Assembly: GCA_008636045.1 (NCBI GenBank) | Contig: SNRW01000058.1 | Location: forward strand, 1-33,529 | DNA from: Streblomastix strix | Lineage: Eukaryota | Direction: 5' to 3' | DNA: 33,529 nucleotides | In this document: in pieces, positions 1 to 12,200 of the stretch | Numbering within the stretch: position 1 is the stretch's first letter | How the letters are laid out: each line of letters begins with the position of its first letter | The notes under the pieces: model-generated | Seen by the model: only the letters and a program-made list of their open reading frames with translations | Database searches by the model: none | Told to the model about the DNA's origin: nothing | Program-made: the position numbers and the translations under genes

Positions 1-207
1 ATCTTTATTCTCATATGTGAGATCATTAATATTAGAATCCTTGTCCATATTCATTTCTCCTTCTATTCTTATTTCTTCACTTCTTTATTTGCACAGGTTA
101 TGGGTCAGAAGGAATAAATATAAAGAAGTGAAGAAATAAGAATAGAAGGAGAAATGAATATGGACAAGGATTCTAATATTAATGATCTCACATATGAGAA
201 TAAAGAT
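1..207. repeat. Perfect 88-bp inverted repeat (1-88 vs 120-207) with 31-nt spacer at the window start
   Basis: 1-88 (atctttattctcatatgtgagatc...cacttctttat) is the exact reverse complement of 120-207 (ataaagaagtgaag...catatgagaataaagat). Confidence 0.97.
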
Positions 208-3200
208 GAATTGGTTAATAAGGATAATTAATAAAGTTCATTATAATTATTACTATCAATGATTATATCATATCCGAATATACTACCATAATCTTCATTA
301 TTAATTCTTACATTATTTGATTTGCCTTATCTTCCTGTAAATCATTTTATTAATTTATATTAATAACAGTAAATATTAGGAAAAGATGATTAAAACAGGA
401 TAATACTTAATTATGAGCATATGAATGATGATAATAAATAAGAATATGGATGCATAATGATTAATAAAGAAAATTAGATTAATAAATAGATTGCAAACAT
501 TGATAACAAAGAATAAAAATATTAAGAAGAATATTAAGAAGAATATAAAAGATTATATTTTGAAGAAGATGTTTTAGTAAATCTTCTTCCTTCTCTTATT
601 TTTGGTGCTATTCGATGCCATATAAATCAAAATAATAAGAATAATACTAATAAATAATAAAGAACCAATCTTCAGTTGTAATATATTCTTGCAATTGGAT
701 ACTCACTTATATCTCCTGCTTTATCTTCTCATATTATTAATCTTGGTCCATCAATTTCATTATTTATTTTTTTGTTCTTATTATATTTATAAAAGGAATA
801 ATAAATAGAAGAATAAGTACAAGAAGAACATAAATTAACTGATAAATCATAAATTATTTAAGAATTATCGTTATAATAATCATAAATTAAATTTAAATAA
901 ATACAATAATAAAATGAATATAGTTAATTAAAGAAGAAAATAATGTTAAAAGTAATAATGTGGAAATTATTGAATTAAGTAAAAGGATATGGAGAGGATT
1001 TAATGTGCGAAATATTTAATTTAATTTCTGATTCAATGATGAAGATTAATACATTAATTAAATAAAATCAGGAGAAAGAATTAAAAAACAAAAAAGCAAA
1101 TAAAACGCATAAAATAATATTGAGAAAAGATAATAATGATAATGGAAAAGAAATAGTTTAGTATAATAATAAACAATCAGATTCATTTCTAGACATTTTC
1201 CAACTTAATCATAATAGCACTAATTATATTCTTTAATTCCTTCTTTCATAAAATTCATAATTATAACAATATTCATTATATTCTAATACTCTTCATTAAT
1301 TATAATAATTGAGTAAATAAGTAATGAATTTATATATATTTTGTATAAATATGGACATTAATACATATAAGCATAATATATTATGTGCATATATTCCTAT
1401 TTATATACATTTTGATAAATAAAATGAAATAATAATATAAGATAAATAAAGTAAAGATATTGAAAGAAAGAATGATAATATTGAAGATTATTAGTCTGGC
1501 ATGATTAAAGATATTTAAATAGAAGAATAAAATAAAGAAATAATAATTGAGAAAGAGAAAGAATAAGATCATAAGAAAGAGGAATTATAAGAGAAAATTA
1601 TGATAAAAGATATTGATAATATTGAAATTAAAGAAATTGAAAAGAAATTGAAATATAAACATTCTAAGAAACGTTAATATAAATAAGGTCTTAATATTGT
1701 GTTTGCATATATCAATATTAATTCATTCCAATCTCCAAATTAACTATTTGCTTTTATTGAAAATATTCCCTTAATTAATATTTAATAGAGTAATGAATAA
1801 TAAATAGAAGAAAGGAAAATGAAAGAAAAAGATATATAATATAAATTAGTATGTGATGAACATGGTAATAGAATGCATCACTATATGTAAGAATTGTAAA
1901 GATATAACAATGTCAATTATTAATTGTAACCTTCCTCATTATAAGCATAATAAACTTTATCATAATATAATGATATAATATTTAGAATATTTTAATTAAA
2001 CGTTTATAATTTTGTGAAAACTAAAACGAAGGATTTAAAATAGAAAATAATAAAATAAAAAAAAATGAAGAAAGAATAAGAAGAAAAAGAGATAAAATTA
2101 GAAAAGAAAAGTAAAAGAAAGAAAAAGTTGAGTGATTAAATAATCTAAAAAGAAATCAAATAAAAACCCATTAAAGAAGAAGAAGAATATAATAAGAAAG
2201 AATAAATAAAAACAGATGAATAATCTTCTGAACTGAATAAAGGTATATCTAATTCATTTTTTTCTCATTTAAAATATTCAAAACCATAAACTTTAATTTC
2301 TTCAAAACCTTTACAAAATAAATAACAACTGGATATGAAGACTGATTAAGACTAAAAATAAAAATCTTTATCAGAATAAAGCAAAGAAAAATAAGAATAA
2401 GAATAAGTTGATGAAAATATAAATATAATAAGACTAAATAAAAGGATTCTATGTTCATTTCTTAATCTTATATAGTAATAAAATCAATTAATTAAATGCT
2501 AAAAAGATGTTTAATAATAAATAAAATAAGATTCATAATAATAATAAACTTTTAATTATTCATATTAATACTCAATATAATAATAGTATATAATAAATAT
2601 TATAAGAACAATTCTATCATTAACTCATGAAAGATAAACTCACATTATAATAACATAATATTTAATTAACTAAATTTAATATTAATCTTAATCAATATAT
2701 AATACATTATAATAATCCATTAAGAATGCATAGATAAAAAGTCGGTTATATAAGAATAAAGCAAAATAAATTAAATAATAAGCATTAAAAGAATATATAG
2801 ATGAAAAACATAGAAGAAATAAAGAGAACTTAGAAGAAGAATAGATAATTTAGAAAGATGATGATAATCATATTCATTAAATTAAATATAACAATAATTA
2901 AGACATAATTAAAAAAAGAGAAATATTAATTGCAAAATCTATATTATATTAAAGAATAGCTGATGATATTTAATAAGGATTTGATATTGAAATAATAAAT
3001 ATAAACGATATTTATAATAAAATAAATACAATTTCTTCATATTTATTTATTTTATTGGATTCTGTTCCTTTTGAAGACCCAGAAAAATTTTTAAAGAAAA
3101 ATGTTTTATTATAATTTAAACAATAAATTTAATAATAATAATATTTTAGAAAAATTGAAGATAAAGAAAGATTAAAAGATGATAAACATTAATTAATAGG

Positions 3201-6200
3201 AATTGATATAATGTATGATGAATTTAATAAAATAGATAAAAATAAGAAAGAAGAATATAAAATAAAACTGCAATAAAAACTGCAATCATAATATTAAAGT
3301 GAGTATGAATGATTGAGATTACAATTTGAAAGAGATAGAATTTTGAGTGAATAGAGTATTAAGAATATTAATGCACCTTAGATTTCATCCCAAACTGCAT
3401 CTTAATAACAAACATCTTAACAGCAAAATTAATAACATCAATCTTTAAATATGACAAATTAAGAAATAATGAGTAAGGTACTTTCTATATTACGCCCTTC
3501 TCTTCTTAATATGATATTTAATGAATAATAAAATGAATAATAACAGCAATAATTTATTTATATTCTTTTTAACCAAATTAAATAATTATATCCATTATTT
3601 ATTTATTGGATATAAGCTCATAAGAACAGAATGAGTAGTTCATTGAAAGTTGAATGGATAATTGTGAATGAAGATGAAGCAGATGAATAAATAGAGATAT
3701 AAGAATAAGAATAATAATAGGATCAAATAAATACACAAATATCAAAAACATCATTACCACTTCCCCATTTTCTATCTTAATATAAATATGAAATGATTGA
3801 ATAGATAACAAATTAAATGTAACTATTTGTATCATTTTCATAATCTACTGTTGAATGGGCTGTTAATCAAATTAATTATTATACTAATAACAATGAAGAA
3901 GAAGATAATGAAGAAGATGAAGATAATGAACAAGTAAATGAATAAGACTCGGATGAAGAATTGGATTAAATTGAAGAATTAGATTCAGAAAAGAAGAAGA
4001 TTGAGAAGAAAAATGAAGTTGATAGTATTATTCATTATCCAAATTAATCTAAGTCATTTAATATAATTAACAATAAATAACAACGTAATACTTAATTGTA
4101 AGTATTGAATGCATATCCTGGACCGTATTAACAAGGTAGAATGGCTTTATTTTATTCAATTCCTCCAATTATTCATTTAAACCATTTGCCATAAATAAAT
4201 AAGAAAGAATAATAAGAATAATAATAAAATATATCCAAAGATAGTTCTGATAAAAAAGACATTAAGGATAAAATAGATGTCAAAGATATTAAAATAGAGA
4301 AAGAATTGAAAGGTACTTAAATTGGTAATGATGATTCAGTAAAGAATGAAAATGAATATGAAAATGATGAAAGAAAGCTAATTGAATAAACAATAAATAA
4401 TATTATAAAAGATAATAATGATGAAAAATAGATATAAATAAAGATATTATAGTCTGTTCCAATTATATAGTAAGCAATTTTATAATCAAGATAATAACTA
4501 ATTAGTAGATAATATCCTATATAAGTTAGAAATCATAAAAGAATAATGACCATTAAACCTTAATAATTTGCATTTAATAATAACAAAAAGAAGAATTAAT
4601 AAATGAACAAAATTTAATTAGCAATTTATATATCTGATATGTTTGCATCTTGGTTAATGTATGATAGGAAAGGTATAAGAAGAAAAAAGATAAATAATAA
4701 TGAAATAGATAATGTTTAATATGAATGGAATGATCCACTCTAAAATCATTCATCTTATAATCATCCAATAATATCAGCATCCTTTTCTTCTTATTATGAT
4801 TCTATTCTTCCTTTAATTTCCCATTAATTACTTTTGTCATTAATTTACTTACACAGACCCCCCTAACCTTTATTTTGGTCTAATTAATATAAAAATGGAA
4901 TTAATATCGATAATTAATAAAATAACAATAGTAAATAAGAAAATAATAATAATACATATATTGAAAATAATAATGAATTAGATGACTTAAATAAAATGAT
5001 AATTAAAGAAATAGATAAAACTTTAAAATAAGGTTATAAAGAGTAAACAATAATTAAATAATAAGAAATATTTGATGAATAAAAAATAAAGTAGGAATAA
5101 GAAACGAATAAATTATAAGAAACTAATTTATAATAATATCAAATTAAATACAAATAATAAGATTGGGATGATATTGATAATGAAAAAATATTAATTAAAA
5201 AAGTATCATAACCTTCATCATAATAATAAAAGTAACCATAACCATAATCTTAAACATCCCCCTTACAGCATCAATAAAATTATTATTCAAAAAGCCTTTA
5301 ATATTTTATGCAATAAGGAATGATCCAGAATTCACAATAACCTTCTTCCTTATCTTCATCATTCTCATTCCTCCCAATTCCATCTCCTTCAGACAATTAT
5401 AATTCATTTTCACCTTCACTTACTCCTTCTGTTGTATTACTATACATATTCATACTTAAAGGAGGACTATAGTTGATATCTCGCATAATTAGATGGTCTA
5501 TATTGAGTCTCATTTCATTAAGAAAGAATAATAACTATAATAATTCAGATAACAAAATGAATTTGGACGTCATAAATGGAGAGAATCAGATGAATGATCC
5601 AAATGCAAAATAATTAGAACACTAATCATACAAAGTATAAAACGAGAAGATATGCTGTATTATGAATAAATATAACCATTCTATTGTGAATAAATAAAAT
5701 GCTATAAATACTGAAATAGTCCCTTATGAATTAATATTAGTATAATCAAATAGAATAATGATTGGACGTGAAGAAATAGATGAAGATGAAGATGATTATT
5801 TGGAAGAAGAAGAATAAAGAATGTATAATAATATTAATAACTTACATCATATACTTTGTAATAATTATACAATATAATAAAGAGAAAAGAAAAGAATGAA
5901 TAGAGAAATCTAAAGAGAAAGAATAATAAAGATGATTATAAGTGAATAAAAGAAAAAGAATCAACGTGAATTGAATAAAGATGAAGACTAATAACAATAA
6001 AATGGTTAATAAAATGATTAAATATGCGAATATTGTTAATATTTGAAAATATAAGATAATTTTAATTATAATAATATTAATCTTCGTCTTTTATAATTAA
6101 ATTAAAAAGATTTTTATATTACACAATAATTATAACTATTGAAATAATAAGAAGATAAAAATAATTTTCATTCATCATTATATAATAATAAATTATTCTA

Positions 6201-9200
6201 ACAATTTTCTTACATTCCTCTTCTTACGTTATAATAACTATAAACAAGAGACATTACTATATAATAATTATTGTTAATTAGAAATATTGATTATATAATC
6301 AGTTTTATTATACCTCATATTCATCCACTTTCTATATTTAATGATTAATAATGCTAAATAATATTACCAATGTTATTGGAAGGTTAGTAGATCTATAATG
6401 GAAAATAAGGAATTAATGATAATTATTTGAATAATATTGAGGTGAACGAGGATCAAATGTAAAAAGTGATTGAAAAGAATAAAAAGTAGATGTTGATGAA
6501 GAAGGAAGAAGATGAAGAAGGAAAAAATAAAGATGAAAAATAATTAAAAGATTAAATCAAAGAAAAAGACAATGAAAAAGATTAAAAATATAAAAATAAA
6601 TAGACAAAATAGAAGAATAAAAAAATTAATAAGAAAAGAAAACTAGTTAATTTGGGTTTGTCATCTATAGTCATAATTGATAAGGATAAAGATAATGAAT
6701 CTTAATAATAGAAATAAAGAGGATACGATTTAGGGAATGAAATAATTAAAATATTAGTTAGTGAATAAGATTCAAATAAGGGGAATGAATTAGAATTGAA
6801 TTAGTAGTAATAATAAAATAAATGCATTTAAATAGAAAATAGATTGCAAGGATGTGAAATAAAAGCACATTTGAGGATGAAATGTGCTCTATTTATTATC
6901 AATTCAGTTTCATAATTATTTAATTACAATTTTAATAGTGAATATGATTAAATTGAATAAATGGGACTATAATTTGAAAATGATAATGAATTGATAAAGA
7001 AGAAGAAAAAGAAGAAGATTATAGTGAATGGAATTGTTAGATTTAAAGACAAACAATAATCATAATCTCCCTAATCTAATTCACATTCTCCAGTTCCACA
7101 TTCAATTGTTAATTATAACAGAGATACAAGCATTTGTAGCAATCAGACATATGTTCATAATTCTAATTATTATAATAATCCAATACTTTCTATTCTGTCA
7201 TTGCTGCCACCTGATAGAATCCTGCTAATATCAAAGAGCATAGAAGGATTATATGTATGGATGAGGATATAAAGAGAATTATACACATCTCTGTACTATA
7301 ACTGTGATTATTAGAGAGAGAAGGAAGAATAAGAGTAAATAATGGAGAATGAAGATATGGATGATAAGTAAGATTAGGATAAATTAAATAAATGGGATTA
7401 AGAATAAGAATAAAGTTATGTATAATAAGGATTGAAGGTATTAAATGCATTCATATTAAGATATAGTATGAATGCAAATAGTTACAAATATAAAGAAAGT
7501 GATATTAAAGATAAATAAATAAGAGAAAAAGAAGAGTAAACTAAAGAAACAGATAAAATTAATTGTTATTTTAACATTGAAGAGAAGAAGAATAAATCCA
7601 ATTAAACTAATTTAATGTAATTATTGTAATTTGATGATAGTCAATAATACATATATTAGTTTGTTAATTAATTTAAAGGAGCAAGAAAAATACAGTAAGA
7701 AAACTAAAAGGAAATAAATAAAACTATGGACAATAAAAAAGTAGAAGTACCTTAACATATTTAAAATATAATTATGAATATTTATAATAATGAAAATTAA
7801 ACTAATGAAAATAATGAATAAAAGATTATTTTATCAAATAATTTAATATAATAAATATAAAGATAATATTTTTCTAATTCGTTTATTAATTTTCCTCTTT
7901 ATTAAACAACTATCACTGAATAATAATAATCAAATCTGCTATTTTCAAGATGTATTCCATATTCATTTGCTTATAAAATTAGTAAAGATAATAATTAATG
8001 CGACAATAGATATATTTGGGATATCCCTTCAATTTATCATATTACTATTCCTTATTTATCTTAAAATAAATAATATCAATCTTCTTAGTAATATAGTAAG
8101 AAATAATTAAACATTAATTCCCCATCATTATCATCAGATTCATCCTCATCCTTATTATCCTTAGAATAGTAATTATAATTAGAATCTAAATCTCCAATAT
8201 ATTCTCCGTATAATTCACACTCCTAATCCCCATCCAGAGTATCATTACATTCATAATCATCATTATAACATCTCCATTCAAATATTCCTCACTCTGATCA
8301 TTATTAATCCAATACTCATCATCATCATTTTCATTCTCCAGGATCTCCTCATTCCACATCTCCAACTAATTCTAATTCATCCAGTTCTCCATCTTATTCT
8401 AATATATTCACTCCAATATCACCAATTGCTCCTTCTAATCGATATTCAAACATGTTCTCTACATTCCATAGTAATGATTCTCCTACTCATTCTATTTTTG
8501 GAAATTAACCTTATTCACATTTATAATAATTATTATCTATTCCTGGCAGTAGATTATAAACTGATTAATAATAGAGACATAGAATATAATTATAAAGAAT
8601 AAGAACTAGGTAATTAGAATAAGAAAATTTAGAATAATAACAAAGGTTATTAATATTACAGGATAGTATATTAAATGCATAGAACTAAAATGAAAGAATA
8701 AGAATATAAGAAGAAATAGACTAATTATAAATTTAAATACGATAAAATGATTTTTAACGTAATGTCAATGAAAGAAGTGAAAGATAATTACTATTAAGTG
8801 AAAGATTAAGTGAAACTGAAGGATAATAAATATAAGATAGTGTGCAAAGAGGAATACAAAGGTTATCAGATGAAATTAGAGTCTAATAATAAAATTAATA
8901 AGAATTAATAGAACAATTAAATAATCTAAGATAATAGTAATAATAATAAGAAGAACCAGAATAATAATTAAATTAAATTATATAAAGAACAGAAGAAAGA
9001 ATTAATGAATTAGAAAGAAGTATCAATTAATAATAAATTCTTTTAAGAGAATAATAATAAGAATTATTAGTATAATAATTATCAAGTTAAGTAAATTAAA
9101 GAGAAAGATAAATAGCTGAAGATGGTAGATAAAGATTAGCTTCATCACAAACATGAGAAGATATAGAAAGAAGAAGAATAGATCTAGAATAGGTTTAATA

Positions 9201-12200
9201 GTTAAGATAATAACTACAATAATAATAATAAATAAGAAGATAAATGGTATTAGAAAGAAGATAAGAAGTAGTATAAAGAAGAATTGGAAGAAGAATAAGT
9301 AGAATAGGAAATAGAGAAAGTGAATAAGAAGGTGAATAAGAAGATGGAATTTTAAGAGAAAGAGATAGAAGATTAATAATAGAAGAAGGGAGAATATAAT
9401 AAGAAGAAAGAAATATGCAAATTGAAGAAAGAAGACTATAGTAGTAAGAAATAAGAATGTAGGAGTAGGAAGTTGAAAGATAGGCAAGAATTTCATAAGG
9501 AAACACTAATTAAATTAATACAAGTTCAGTTTAGCAAGCTTTATAATAATATTAATTAGATTTAGATTTGAACTAATTAGAATAAGAAATAAATAGACCA
9601 TATTAAAGAATAACTTAATTAGGGCAAGGATAAAGATAAAGTGGTTCCCAATAAAGACTGATTTAATCAGAATAAAGAATTATATAATCAGAATAAAGAG
9701 TGAGAGACTCATAATAAAGAGCTAGATAGGCAGAATAAAGAATCGGATAAGCTGAGTAAATAGTGAGATAATAAGAATAAAGAACTAGATAATCGGAATA
9801 ACATGAAAGTATAGGAGAATAAAGACTGAGAGAATAGATACAAAATGATGGAAATAATGTCCATATTGAACATGAAGTAGAAGCTGTTGGGGGCATTGGA
9901 GGATTCTTATAGTATATATAACAGTCAGAATAATAATAATAATAAAATATTAATTAATAATAAAGATAATTAACAAGATAATAATAATAAGAATAATAAT
10001 AAATAGAAATATAATTGTAAAGTGATTAAATACGCAGATAATAAAGAAGAGATGAAATAACTGCTGTATTATTATCAATGAGTATCCAAAATGAAATTGC
10101 TTAGTAATCCGTTGATGTAACTGGTGGAAACTCTGAAGAAGAAGCAATTGAATATGCATCAATGCTAATGATTAACTAATAAGAAGGATAACAACAATAA
10201 TAAGAACAATAATAACAAGCATAAACTTAGTAATTAAATAGTGATATTATTCTTCCTAATATTCTCCTCCCACCAAATATAGCATCTTCTATTCAATCAT
10301 AACCAACTCTTTCATAATAACAATAATCTTCAACTATTCAACCAAATATATTAAATTTAGTTTAATAATCAATTGGTAATTTACATTTACCTTCATCAGT
10401 AGAAGCACCTCCTTCATCATCTATACAATAAGAATAAGAATAATAAAATGATAATCTTCTTCATCCTCCATCTTCATTACATTAATCAATATAATAAGAA
10501 TAAGAATAATAAAATGATAATCTTCTTCATCCTCCATCTTCATTACATTAATCTATATAATAAGAATAAGAATAGAATTAACATTCATCATTGTAACATT
10601 TAGAAGAAGAAATTAGAGAAGAAGAATTAGATGAAGATGCTATGTTATTAATGGCTTTATAAATGTCTGAATAATAAATTTAATAATAAGATTAATAACA
10701 ACAATAAAATGATTAAGTAATGGAAAATAAGATCGAAGACAATGTTAAGTAAAAATTACTAGAAAATCTAATTTTAGATAGTAATTTGAAAGATTAAGAA
10801 AAAGTGAAAGAAAAAGTATAAGAATAAGAAAAAGAAAAAGAAATTATTAAAGAAGAATAATTAGGATCTAAAGATGATATTGATGATGATGATGAGGAAG
10901 AAGAAGAAGAAGAGAAAGAAGAAGAAGAAGAAATTTCTTAGCAACCTGATTTATAGTAAATAAATGATGAGTAATAGAAAAGAAATAATATTCCTGATTA
11001 TATTATTCAAATTATATTGAAATTATACATAAATGAAGGATAGAGAAAGAAAGTGAAGATTAATAATGAAGGAGAACTGATATATAAAGAATAAATATAA
11101 TAAAATAAAGCTATATTTTGTCATGAATAAACCTCTGATGAAGTTAAAGATGAAGAATAAGAATAATAGACTTCAAATGAAATAGAATCAGAAGAAGAAA
11201 GTGAATATGAAGATAAATAAGGTGATATTAATCACTAATAATTTCCTTCTCCTCTTAATTAATCCACAGAATCTTAATTATCTTAATTATTGTAGATAGG
11301 ATTTTATATTCCTCATTTTCTTATATCTTACATATAGTCAAAATCATTGAATATTTCAAATGACATTGATAATGAAAGAAATTAATTAATAAAGAAAAGA
11401 TTTATATTGATGAATAGTAAATTTAATATAATAGAAAATGAATAAATTGATGTAGAAAAAGAAATTGTATAATATGATGAATAATATATTTACGGATAAA
11501 TTTATAATTCTGAATCATTGCTTCTCCATCTCTTAAATATAATAAGAGTAAATTAATATGAACAAAATATTTAAAATCAATCAATATATTCATAGCAATT
11601 ACAAATAATATGTGATATATATGAATAGAAGATTAAATATATCATAGAAAAGAGTAAGAATGAAAAGTAGAAAGTTAATTTGGAAAAAGATAAATAAGAA
11701 ATTAATGAATAATACAATAATAAATAAGATATAAAGAAAATGAATGATTTTATTTAATTAATAAAAGAATAAACTAAGAAATAATAAATATATATTAATA
11801 ATATTCCTGTTCCATATCATTTACTTTATTTATCTCCTTCATCATCATCTTCATCATAATATTCATATTATAGTTTGGATAATGATGAAGTGGAAATAGA
11901 ATAAAATTAAGATTAAAAATTTTATGAAGTTGACAAATACTTCAATTTGAATGAAGATAAATCTATGAATAAATGTATAATTGAATAATAAAAATATAAT
12001 TATAATATAAATAAAAATAAAAGTAAGAGTAGTGAATAAAAAGAAGAAGAAGATATTAATATATTATATTAGGATTCATCACGATTAGGAATTAAAAGAG
12101 ATTACTTAAATTCTAATGGAATTGATTCATTTTATTAGTAATAAATTAACTCATTAGATATATGCGGAGAAAGAAATATGAATAAATTATAAATAATGAT

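Noticed and set aside
1..207. Transposon terminal inverted repeat, telomere or ncRNA hairpin
   Set aside because: One arm is ordinary coding sequence, there is no transposase, target-site duplication or telomeric repeat, and perfect identity at the window edge fits a chimera better.
3787..3882. Possible second UBA-like helix bundle (YEMIEQITNQMQLFVSFSQSTVEWAVNQINYY)
   Set aside because: Only a vague resemblance; it lacks the MGF-type loop spacing and a clear third helix.
6997..7017. Poly-Lys nuclear localisation signal
   Set aside because: Basic runs are frequent in the K-rich inserts of this protein, so it cannot be singled out.
9616..10572. CRISPR-like or mobile repeat arrays
   Set aside because: Units are multiples of 3, in frame, adjacent without unique spacers, and in a eukaryotic CDS.
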